A stretch of 64,000 nucleotides of DNA from Mobula hypostoma. Lineage: Eukaryota. Under the pieces are notes generated by a model. It ran no database searches. It had not been told where the DNA came from and saw only the letters and a program-made list of their open reading frames with translations. The stretch covers positions 102,240,001 to 102,304,000 of the forward strand of contig NC_086097.1 in NCBI RefSeq assembly GCF_963921235.1, written 5' to 3'. This document shows positions 40,132 to 51,300 of the stretch, piece by piece (the stretch's first letter is position 1; each line of letters begins with the position of its first letter). Made by a program: the position numbers and the translations under genes.

Positions 40132-41133
40132 AACTGAAGGAAGAGTGAGTAAGGGATTTGAAAGCTGGAGGGGGAGGGGGAGATGCAAAATGATAGGAGA
40201 AGACAGGAGGGGGAGGGATAGAGCCGAGAGCTGGACAGGTGATAGGCAAAAGGGGATACGAGAGGATCATGGGACAGGAGGCCTAGGGAGAAAGACGGGG
40301 GGGGGGTGACCCAGAGGATGGGCAAGAGGTATATTCAGAGGGACAGAGGGAGAAAAAGGAGAGTGAGAGAAAGAATGTGTGCATAAAAATGAGTAACAGC
40401 TGGGGTACGAGGGGGAGGTGGGGCCTAGCGGAAGTTAGAGAAGTCAATGTTCATGCCATCAGGTTGGAGGCTACCCAGACGGAATATAAGGTGTTGTTCC
40501 TCCAACCTGAGTGTGGCCTCATCTTTACAGTAGAGGAGGCCGTGGATAGACATGTCAGAATGGGAATGGGATGTGGAATTAAAATGTGTGGCCACTGGGA
40601 GATCCTGCTTTCTCTGGCGGACAGAGCGCAGACAGAGCTCTGTCCGCCAGAGAAAGCAGGATCTCCCAGTGGCCACACATTTTAATTCCACATCCCATTC
40701 CCATTCTGACATGTCTATCCACGGCCTCCTCTACTGTAAAGATGAGGCCACACTCAGGTTGGAGGAACAACACCTTATATTCTGTCTGGGTAGCCTCCAA
40801 CCTGATGGCATGAACATTGACTTCTCTAACTTCCGCTAGGCCCCACCTCCCCCTCGTACCCCAGCTGTTACTCATTTTTATGCACACATTCTTTCTCTCA
40901 CTCTCCTTTTTCTCCCTCTGTCCCTCTGAATATGCCTCTTGCCCATCCTCTGGGTCACCCCCCCCCCCGTCTTTCTCCCTAGGCCTCCTGTCCCATGATC
41001 CTCTCGTATCCCCTTTTGCCTATCACCTGTCCAGCTCTCGGCTCTATCCCTCCCCCTCCTGTCTTCTCCTATCATTTTGCATCTCCCCCTCCCCCTCCAG
41101 CTTTCAAATCCCTTACTCACTCTTTCTTCAGTT

Positions 41134-41169
41134 AGTCCTGACGAAGGGTCTCGGCCTGAAACGTCGACT
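41134..41169 (+). ncRNA. Minimal type I hammerhead ribozyme (Penelope pLTR), sense to PTGR2
   Basis: AGUC-CUGACGA-AGGGUCUCGGCCU-GAAA-CGUC^GACU; predicted cleavage after C41165. Confidence 0.85.
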
Positions 41170-44100
41170 GCGCCTCTTCCTATAGATGCTGCTTGGCCTG
41201 CTGCGTTCACCAGCAACTTTGATGTATGTTGCTTGAATTTCCAGCATCTGCAGAATTCCTGTTGTTCTTGTAAAAGGGCAATGAGTTCATGCAAAAAGGT
41301 GCTCTCTCTAAAAGGAATTTAAGGTCAGTCAATTTAAAGTGTTTAATTTCGGCATCGGGAATCCTGTGGACAGAACCAGCAGTAAAAGTGCTTCGGTGAA
41401 GAAATTTTTCTCCAGAGAAGTCTCTCCCAATTGAATGCGTAAAACTGTTGGACTTTCGAAGTTACCGCTTTAAGAACTCTATCTGACTGTATCGCTTTAA
41501 GAACTGTTTTCAGCATTTAACGCTTTCAGAACCAGAGCCGAGTGGCGAGTCTCCGGTTAAAGTTTTCCTTTGTTTTTTTTTTCCTTATCGTTTATACGTG
41601 TTTAATAAATGTTTGGTTGTTTTTATATATCCTGTCTCGATTAATATTCATTGTTGCCGGTTACGTAACACACTCAATTTTGTTTCTAAAAGGGTTTATC
41701 TAACGAATTTAATATTAAATACAGCGCATATTTTCCTCGCATGGATATAGTGATAAGTCAATTATAAGTCACTTATAGGTCAATAGCATCATTAACATTT
41801 TAAGTAACGTTTTGATATTAAACACAGCGCATATTTTCCTTGTCTGAACATACAAAATCATTGCAACACACCAATATCGCTGAATCAATGGGAGCCCTGG
41901 GCTTGTTTCCCTGCAACAAGACAGTCCCATCGAGTGGTGATGGGAGACAGCGATACTCAGAGGGGGTTCCTTATGTCCAGTGTATTCCACAATTTAGTTT
42001 TCGTTGCATTCATTGCAGAAAACCCTGCTTCGCAGAGATATGATGTTGGAAATGGAAGCAACATTTTCAGTGCTTTTGTGGCTTTCTCAGGATATTCAGC
42101 CTTGACTTTGATCCAGAATGCCAGCAGAGATGTTATGTCAAACATACTTTTCAGCCCACCGTCATTTGCAAGCTCGAGGAGTTGATCTTCTTCCCTCGCT
42201 GACATGGATGATTCACCTGGGACATTCACAAATGGGTCATGGACCCATTCCTTTGCACGTCTTGGGTCATTTGCGGTTGGGAAGTAATGCTCGAATTCTG
42301 TCGAGAGTGAAGATAGGTGATCGAGCACCAGCTGTGAGAAAGACGGTGCAGCCTCAGTCTCTCCCAACATCCCAGCTAATGTTGGGAACATGTCAAATAT
42401 GCCCCTGTCCACTCGCCGTCCCCACAGTTCCAGTTTAGCTTTGAAAGCAGACACTATCTGCCAATTTGAAGACAATTATCATTCTCCTCTGAAGTGACAA
42501 ATTGAGTTCATTGAGCAGGTTGAAGATGTCACACAGATAAGTGAGTTCTGCTATCCACTCCTCATCACTGAAGTTTGCTGCCAGTGGTGACTTTTTTCCT
42601 GTAAGAGATCTCTGTAGCTGCTCTCTTAACTCAAAAACTCTGGCCAGGGCTCTCCCCCTTGATAGCCACCTGACTTCAGTGTGTAAGAGAAGGCGTTAAT
42701 GCTCTGCATCCATTTCCTCACAAAGCTGCTCAAACAGACGTGAGTTAAGGGCTTTTGTTTTGATGTGATTTATAACTTCAACAACGTTGAAGCTTCTCCC
42801 AACAGTTCATGGCACATGTCCTTGGCAGCAGGCAGAATCAATTCTTCACCAACAGTGAAAGGCTTCTTAGCCTTAGCAACACGGCCAGTCACTAAGTACG
42901 ATGCTCTCAGAGCAGCAGCATTTGTGGAGGTGGTGTCTCCCAGCACTTGCTTCTGTTCCGTTTGCTCAAAAAAAACTCAAACGGGTTTGTCTTTAAGTGC
43001 AGGGTGCTTGGACCCAAGGTGCTGAAGCAGTTTTGAGGGCTTCATTGCCTCATTAGACAGCTTGTCTCCACATATCACACACAGGGGGCTTGGAGCGTGC
43101 GAGTCACCGGTCACAATAAAGCCATATTTTATGTACAACTTGTCATATTTTCTGTTGAAGGAAGCTGTCTTTTTTTTTGCAGTCTCTGCCTCAGCTGTCT
43201 CTGCGTTACCTTCATCGTTAGGCCTTTTATGTCCCCTACCATCTCTTCCAAAGAAACTCTCAAGCGAAGTTTGTTGTTTTTTTTTTGACTCATCAAGTAT
43301 TTGTAGGTTAATGACTGACTGATGACCTCGAAAGGCTAATGACTTCCTGTGCATTCAAGTTCAACAGTGGGCGTGACAGAATGAGGAAAGGTGCAGCTGA
43401 CTCGTATCATTTCATGTATCGTTTCATATCGCCAAATCATATCGTTTCCTCGCTTTTCACATGCTCTGCAGCCCAGTACCGGTCCACGGCCTGGTGGTTG
43501 GGGACCACAGCTTTTAATCGCTGGCCTCAGACTGCTGAAGTGAGGGGTTAAAGTTATTAGTGAACTCTCCAGCCAGTTGATCAGTGTAGGTTACACTTGC
43601 ATTCTAGTAGACAGGAATGACCTAAATCCTGACTACTTGCATTTTGAGACACCTGCTGTGACTGTCTTGACCTTACAAAGTTCTTTCCGAAAGAACTAAA
43701 GCTCAATCAGTTGACAATACTCATATTTTATAAACTGTCTGAAACACTATTGTTAAGAAAAGCCATGTTTCAGTTCACTCCCCAAATGTTCCAATTTCCC
43801 TTCAGAAACAAACAAATCACCAATTTCCCTAATTGTCAATGTCTTTCAGAAAAGAGGGCATCCCATATCTGTAACAGAAGCGTAGATTTCCGTCATCTTG
43901 ACCTGCATTTCACATGGCTAGTACAGAATCTGGGTCTCAAATCAATTCCATATAAAGAAACAAACTAAAAACACAGACAAAACAAAATCCATCCTTCCTT
44001 CAGGGCCTTTGCAAGTTACTGGAAGCCCTAAACAAATAAGTTTATTTCCACAGTGAAGGAGAAAACATATGACAGCCTACTGTCACCGTTACTGAGCTGA

Positions 44101-44229
44101 ACTCATATGTGGCCACACATCAGCAACATTTGGAACATATAAACCAGTCACACCTCAAACCATTTCAGAAAATGACTTGCTCTTGAGGGTTAACTCATTA
44201 CCAAACTATTAGGCATCTGTTTTGTTGTA

Positions 44230-45120
44230 AACAAGCACCCGTCCACAGTCACAGTCTGTCCATGATCCCCTGGTGGATCTGCTCCATCATTTTACCTGTG
44301 ACCAAAGCCCTCAAACAAAGGATCTTAGTCCCTTCCTCTTCCAAGCCTTCCAGGACTTTAAATTCAATAAGGGAGGGATACCTAACTTTAACCTCTGCCA
44401 CTTAATCCCATATTTATCATCCCCTCGGGAAGCGGGTGGCATTCTCAGTGCACTGTTTATCGGGTGATGGGGCGACAGCTTCCCCAGGGCACCCACCTCT
44501 CCGTTAGATAAGATAAATCTAGCCCCCTCCACATGCCACATCCTCAATAGCCATGTGGTCAGCCAGTTACTCCCTCGGCTTTTGTCCATATCTATCTCAA
44601 TTCCACCAGTTCTGTAACAGAAACACTCATTGTTGCCATCTTAAAGAGGCCCATTATGCTGTCTACCCCATCTTGTCCTGCGGAGGTGGGACGGGCCATG
44701 GGCCAAAACCCCCTCCCCTCCCCAACCGGGTATAAGACTGCATGGTCACTGGTCTAACCTCGAGTGGCTCTGCCGCATAAGGGGCAAGGGCAATCACTTT
44801 GCGGGAATTACAGACTCTCCTCTAACCTCTCTTCCCTGTCCTCCATCCACACGTCAGGATCATCTTCCTGCAGCATCAGGGCTCGGGCCTTAACGGGGTC
44901 CAGTTGTCAAGCAGGCTATTTGGTACCCTTGTCGTCCAGTTCTTTAGTCTGGGTCTGCTGACCGGGCAGCCGCCCCTGTGGTAATACTGCACTGATTCAA
45001 CACCTCCACCTCATTCTTTCTTGTTCCTTCTGCAAAATCATCTCATACTGTTGCTTTATGATAGTCACCGGAAGCTGTAAATCTCCCTCATGGCTTCTCT
45101 TGCTAAATGGGAGCCCTATC
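44230..45120 (-). mobile_element. Degenerate gag fragment resembling class III (ERV-L-like) endogenous retrovirus
   Basis: Hand translation across frameshifts: QLDPVKARALMLQEDDPDVWMED ... SVTELVELR/DRYGQKPRE*L/TTWLLRMWHVEGARFILSNGEVGALGKLS..., resembling ERV-L/Fv1-type gag motifs (VKVRALIGKEWDP..W; EL....Y.QK.GE...W.LR.WD.G...I.L...E...G.LS). Confidence 0.6.
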
Positions 45121-46619
45121 TTCAGGTTCAACTTCAAATCTAATTATCATTGAACCACTCATGGGTATAGCCAAACAAAACAGTGTTCCTGCAGGGCCAA
45201 AGTGCAAACCACATTACCAACAGCACACAAAATACTGAACTCAGTATGGATTCCAGTGTGCCCACAGAGGCTTCTACTGTCCCCCACACCACCTCCAGCA
45301 TCTCCTCCCCTGGGCCACTGCAATAGGTGACCCTGCTGTAAGGGCCTAGGCCTCACTATAACTGAGGCCACACAGCTTTCCCCCATCAGTCTTTCCAGTG
45401 AACCAGTGATCTGCATTTCTGCTGTTTTATATTACATGTGTCCAGCAGGGCTTGCGATCACAATAAAAACATCCAAGGCAATCACCCACATTGCACACCA
45501 TTCAACAATACAACAGCAGTACAGCTCCATCACTATTTAGCAACTCACTGATGGGATAGTCCTGTAATGTTCTTGGTATCTAGCAGTGCCTAGCAGTGGC
45601 TTGTGATAATTTTTTAAAAAAACATACAGGATGAACAAATACACCTTTGACTGGACCCGGAATGGCTGCTGTGTCTAAACTCGCAGCCATTTTGTTCAGC
45701 ACAGACACAATATGGTGCCCCATTTTCACTCCGTGGGAGTCCAGCTTGTTTGACCAGTCCACTGTCATGCTGTGGTTTGCCAGCAGGTTGGCAAGACTTG
45801 TGAATCCTGCACTGTTACCAGTCTACCCTGGGACTTGGCATTCCTCACAGAGGGCGTTCTTGTTCTTATTCCTGCTTTTCAACATTTTAAGCAGTTTTGT
45901 CTTCTGTTCCATTACAAAATCGTTGCCAACTATGCCAATCATTTGCAAATTAGGTAAATAGGACAGAAGATGCCAATTATGAGTAAGTTTTAACTATTTA
46001 TCAACAAACAAAGACAAACACTAAAACATAATTACACAGATATTCATCCAAGTGTGCACACACTTCCAAACTTTACACAGCACTGTTCGCTCAACCCAAA
46101 GTCTGAGAGTGGCCGAGCGAGAGCACCATGTGTGCTACATTCACTGGGGAATAAAATTGCTTTGTGAGCTAACATAGATTTGACAGGCCAGAATGACCTA
46201 TGTTGTCAGGATGTATAAAATGGTTGTAACATTCAAGAGGGCATTCAGCAGTCAACAAGTGAGAAATTATTAAATAAATACTGTTCTGGCACAAGATAGG
46301 TTTTGAAAGGATGGTTGTTTCAGAACAAATTTATTCACCTTTGCCTTAAATGGGAAGAGATTTTACAGAAGACTACATTTTTGAAGTTCTTTTTTAAAAC
46401 ACCGGATTGCAGTGGAGTTTGAATGATTGGATGTCTTGAATGCCAGGATAGCCAGACTTTTTTTTCTTGTCTGCAGGGGAAGCTGGGGTTATGAGGAATA
46501 GGCAGGAAAATGGAACTGGGGAAAAGATGTAGTCTTCGTAATCTCAATAGTGGAGCATGCTCAAGGGAACCTGAAATGTCCTTGTTACTTGTTCTCTCAC
46601 TTGAGGTTCCTTGCCACTG

Positions 46620-47190
46620 TTATAACCAGGAGAGGTAGTGGGGACAAGCTCCTGTTACATTTTTCACAATGGCATGTGTTTCAAATAGACTCTAACGACC
46701 AAGTCCAGCTCCTGGCTTTCACATGTGGCTTAGCTACTAAGCTGGGCAGAACTGTTTCTACTGAGAGAAGGGGCAAAGGCCCTTACAACCAGTCGCTTCA
46801 GGCAGATGGGGCTCATCAGTTGAGATTGGCAGCTCAGCCAAGAGAAGGAAAACTCTGATCTCAAATCTGTTGCCTTATGGCTATACCCACTCATGGGGAA
46901 GGCTTCAGGAATAAACTGTGAGGAGCTGGGGTCCCTAAGGCAGTCCTACGTTGAGTTCAGTGCTGACTGGCAATTTCTGCAAAGCCACTGGTGCCAAGCT
47001 GTTGGTCTCTGCTGTTCCTTTGGATTCTTCAGCTGCGCAGAGAGGGAGAGCCTGCTGCATGGACAACAGCTTGCTCTCCTTTTCATGCTGCCCTGGCTTG
47101 CTTAGACAGCTGGGACGCAGCATCCGTGGTTGACCCTGATCAGTGGGGGTAACAGCAGTGATAGACTGGTGACACATGCCACTAAGTCAT
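46620..47190 (+). mobile_element. Interspersed repeat resembling an RTE-type LINE 5' region or derived SINE
   Basis: Words such as ggcagctc...gagaaggaaaactctgatctcaaa and catggggaaggcttc; an RTE-like 5' UTR word (ggttgagcatggagctagcagccccatccc.taaa) also occurs at 63950-64000. Confidence 0.4.
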
Positions 47191-47709
47191 AATTACACTG
47201 TACTCTATTAATTCACTGCTCTGATCCATCTGTTTAGGCTACTTTCACTCTATAATGAGACCCATTGCAAGCTTGAAGCTATTTGGCCCAATTTGTTTCA
47301 GATATTTCCTTGTCCTGTCTATCACTTCCATCTTCTCACTAAATTGAAATTAATTTTTTTCTCTTAGTTCTGACAAAGACTTCTCAGTCTGAATGTTTTA
47401 TGCAGAAACAAAGCTGCTGCAGCCAACACATTGTTACTAGTGCAACTATTGTATGCAAGCAGACAGCTGTCTTGTGTGTATTGGTATACCTGGTGTGCAT
47501 ACAGGTTGTGGCCACCCAGCTGGATAAAATCCTCTGTCACCATGATCATAACCCCAGCAGAGGGAGCTATCAGGTTACAAAGAAAGCCTTCTCCAGTCCT
47601 TTGGTCTGACTTTACTGCATCCTGTTAAATTAAATTAAGAACTGTCCTCATTTGAACCTCAGAGCACACTAATGTACACTTAAAATGTTTTTATTTATTG
47701 ATTGAGATA

Positions 47710-48150
47710 CAGTGCAGAAATGGCTGAGATACTGGCTGCATCACCATCTGCATAGGATCAAAGTGAGCTGCTCCATCGTGGATACTATCCTCCATAGTAT
47801 CCATGACATCTTCAAGGAGCAATGCTTTGAAAAGGTGGTGTCCATAATTGGGGATCCCCATTACCCAGGTCATGCCTTGACACCGCTGGGAAAGAGGTAC
47901 AGAAGCTTGAAGGCACATAATCAATGATTCAGGAAATGCTTTTTCCCCTCTGCTGTCCGATCTCTGAATGGACATTGAACCCATGAACATTAACTCACTA
48001 TCTTTTTATTACAATTTTTGGACTACTTGTTTTATATATTTTTTACTGTAATCCATGTTTTTTCTATTATGTATTGCACTGCACTGCTGCGGCAAAGTTA
48101 ACAATTGTCATGACTTGCGCCAGTGATATTAAATCCGATTCTGATTCTGA
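47710..48150 (+). mobile_element. Rex1/Babar LINE 3' end
   Basis: SIVDTILHSIHDIFKEQCFEKVVSIIGDPHYPGHAL.PLGKRYRSLK; tail (gattct)n. Confidence 0.85.
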
Positions 48151-48344
48151 GCAGGCCCACCCAGCAACCCCCAATTTTACCTGGGCCAAATAACTGGATA
48201 ATTTATAATTAGCCTACCAGTCTTTGGACTGAGGGAGGAAACCCACGCAGTTACAGGGAGAACATGCAAACTCCTTATGGGCAGCAAGGGGAATTGAACC
48301 CAGGTCACTGGTACTGCAGGGCATAGTGCTAACCACTGTGCTAA
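48151..48344 (-). mobile_element. V-SINE
   Basis: Minus strand tagcacagtggttagcact...gggttcaattcc...ggagtttgcatgttctccctgt..ctgcgtgggtttcctcc...cagtccaaagac. Confidence 0.8.
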
Positions 48345-51300
48345 TGTGCGGACAAAAATCGACACGAGTGTAATTATTTCTAACGTACACTTTATTCCCA
48401 ATGCAAACAAATGGTAATGTCATATGTATATTGTGTGTGTGTGTAAACAAACCTTGCCCCCAAAACATAATAACGTAAAACATAACACTTAACATACATG
48501 GTGAACTTAACCCTTAACAGTCAGGGTGAATTCTGCCTAATGAAATTAAGGAGTCCCTACACCACGCCCTCCCCCCCCGGCCGGCGAATTCACCCTTCCA
48601 GATGAGGTCAAACGAGCAGGGATCCACAAAACTCAGCCAAGCCTACTCCTGCCTTCACGGCAGGTGCTGGGTTCCTCCCCAGTCAATGTACAGTCCATGT
48701 CAGACTGTCTGGAGGTGAGGTGAGGGGCTGGCTCCTCCGTGGGGGCTGTGCCACTTCCACTGGAGAGGCCAGGTCCAAATGGGCAGGCTTGAGACAATCC
48801 ACTGAAACGCTGTCTGGGATACCTCCAAAGTGTAAAAAAAAACAAAACACGTATTCCCCGCAGAATGGGCCGTCATAAGGCGGCCACGGGGGACCCCGAT
48901 GTCCATCATGATGCACAAATGCGTACTTCGCCTCCTGCAGGCCCGGTGACAGGTGTGACAGTGACAGGCCTTGCTGCGTCGTGGGCACTGGAGTGAAAGT
49001 TTTGACGCCGACGGCCGCTGCAAAGCGGACCGTGGTTGTTGGGGGAAACTCCTGGCACCCGCAGGGGTTGCCTGAAAATGAGCTTGGCAGAAGAGGAAAG
49101 GTCTGCCGTGTGAGCTGCCCTTAGGCCCAACGTGACCCATGGCAATCTGTCCACCCAAAAACCATCACTGAGGCATGCACGGAGAGCGGCTTTCATCGAA
49201 TGGTGGAACCGCTGGCACAGACTGTTGGCCTGAGGGTGACAACCCATGACTTGGTGCAGCTTGACCCCCAGATCACGGGCAACCACTGAGGTGTAAACTG
49301 CGTCCCTTGGTCTAAAGAGACATCCGGTGGGATGTCGAACCAAGCAATCCACGAGCCAACGAGTGCTCACGATACCTCTGAGGCTGAAATGGACGACACG
49401 GCACTGCCTCTGGTCAGCGTGTGTCCTTACGATGGTAAGGAGGTGTGTAAACCCGTGGGATGGGGGCAGTGGGGCATTCACGTGGTTGAAATGCCGCTCG
49501 GACTGCGAAAGGAGTTAAAGGAGCCTTGGCGTGTTGATGCACCTTTGCGCATTGACACCCCAAACAAGCACTAGCCCAGTCCCTGACATCCTCCTCAAGC
49601 CCATGCCACACAGACTTTTCTGTCGCCGGTTTCTGTGATGGTCTCTGGCCTGGGTGAGAAAGCCCGTGGCCTGGGTCGCCCTGTTGACACATCACACAGT
49701 AACGAAATGCCACTGTCACTGAAAGCAAATCCCACCAATTTCAACCATCTGTCTGCTGAACAGCGCCTGCACGCTTGGGTCCAAAACCGGGTCTGCCGCC
49801 ATCGGAGTGTAGTCCACACCCAAATGGACAGCACCAGTGAAGGACCGGGAAAGGCAGTCGGCCATGAGGTTACGCTTTTCTGCGACTTTCTGGATGTCCA
49901 TGGTGAACTCTGAAATAGAAGAAAGAATGCTGTCGAGCAGACCAAGATTCAGAGTCCTTAGCTGTGGCAAATGTTAGGAGTTTATCATCCACAAAAGCCA
50001 TAAATGGACAGCCTCCAGGAGAAAATAAAAATGCTGTACTTGCACTCGCAGGGGCGAAGTTGATGGTTAAAAAAGGTGAGAGGCTGCCATTGCCCAGTCA
50101 CACTCACATCTACAGTGACGAAGTGCTTTGAGAGGTTGGTCATGACTAGACAGAACTCCTGCCTCAGCAGGACCTGGACCCATTTCAATTTGTCTATCAC
50201 CACAATAGGTCAGCGGCAGATGCAACCTCAATGGCTCTTCACATGGCCTTAGACCACCTGGACAACACAAACACCTATGTCAGGATGCTGTTCATCGACT
50301 ATAGCTCAGCATTTAACACCATCATTCCCACAATCCTGATTGATAAATTACGGATCCTCTGCAATTGGATCCTCGGCTTCCTAACCGGAAGACCACAATC
50401 TGTGTGGATTGGTGATAACGTCTCCTTCTTGCTGACCAACTGCTCATGTATGGTGCTGACCATGCAATCTGATGTGTCCATGGTGATAGTGATCGCACTG
50501 TGGGAGGGGTGCGCCAACAGCCTGGCATTGGATAATACCTGCTTAATGCCCAAGATCACCTTGAGTCTTTCATCTGTCCAGTCCACGACGTGCTTTTCTG
50601 CTTTGCCCTCAAGGGTTTCAAAGAGCGTGAGCTGAGCCGCTTTGGGGACAATATGGTGATAAAAATCCACCATGCTCAAAAACTCCTGCAGTGACTGGTC
50701 GAGCGAAGTGCTTAATGGCCTCAGCTTTAGCCGGCAGGGGAACTACCCCTGCTGCATTGACACCGTTTCCAAGGATGTTGACCACGGACAGTCCAAGCTG
50801 GCACTTCGCTGGGTTGACAATAAGACTGTGCTGACTAAGGTGTTTGAAAAAGATTCACAAGTGTAAGAGATGTTTGTCCCTAGGAGAGCTGACTACCGAA
50901 CAAACAGGAATGGCAAATCCCTGCGAACACTGTCCAGGAGGTGCTGATAAGTTTGGGATGCAATCTTCAGCCCGAATGGCATTCGAAGGAACTCAGACAA
51001 ACCAAGCACTGATAACAGCGGCTTTAGGAATGTCACTTGGGTGAACAGGGACCTGGTGATAACCGCGAATGGGGTCCACCTTCAAGAAAATAATTTTCCC
51101 TAGCAGGCGGGCAGAGAAGTCCTGGATGTGCGGGATTGGGTATCAGTCAGGGGTCGTGGCGATAATTGCCACAATGATGTCACCTGCCCCCCGGTTTTTG
51201 CACGATGTGGAGAGGGGAAGCCCATGGACTACTGGACTGCCTGGTGATGCCTCAGCACTCCATGGCATCAAACTTTGCCTTAGTGACAGTAAGCTTCTCC

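Larger units (their letters stand above)
40033..41265. mobile_element. Penelope-like insertion as a near-perfect inverted duplication (arms 40033-40627 and 40637-41232)
   Basis: Both arms encode the same GIY-YIG C-terminus (RQRKQDLPVATHFNSTSHSHSDMSIHG...NIDFSNFR) plus pLTR on opposite strands; 9-nt spacer; flanked by a 16-bp direct repeat tcttgtaaaagggcaa (40021-40036, 41266-41281). Confidence 0.95.
39584..41670 (+). mobile_element. Solo LTR (Gypsy-type) nested in the hAT element and interrupted by the Penelope palindrome
   Basis: TGTTAC...GTAACA inverted termini, 4-bp TSD CACT (39580-39583, 41671-41674), TATATAAG at ~39697, AATAAA at ~41604. Confidence 0.88.
39439..43510 (-). mobile_element. 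hAT Charlie/Buster transposon (Charlie3/MER1-like ends), internally deleted, both TIRs and TSD present
   Basis: TIRs caggggtccccaacc (39439) and ggttggggaccacag (43496-43510, 13/15); 8-bp TSD cttttgat/cttttaat; BED finger (PLCVICGDKLSNEAMKPSKLLQHL..KHP), HTEVRWLSRG, dimerisation motif LLPFPTSYLCEAGFS. Confidence 0.95.

Noticed and set aside
40033..41265. Palindrome as a sequencing or assembly fold-back artefact
   Set aside because: The arms differ at several positions, the right arm has an extra 33-nt terminus, a 16-bp TSD flanks the unit, and the host LTR continues on both sides. Read-level confirmation is still desirable.
41957..43354. Domesticated transposase gene (ZBED5/ZBED8/SCAND3-like)
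   Set aside because: Stops, frameshifts and an internal deletion, with TIRs and TSD retained: a dead transposon.
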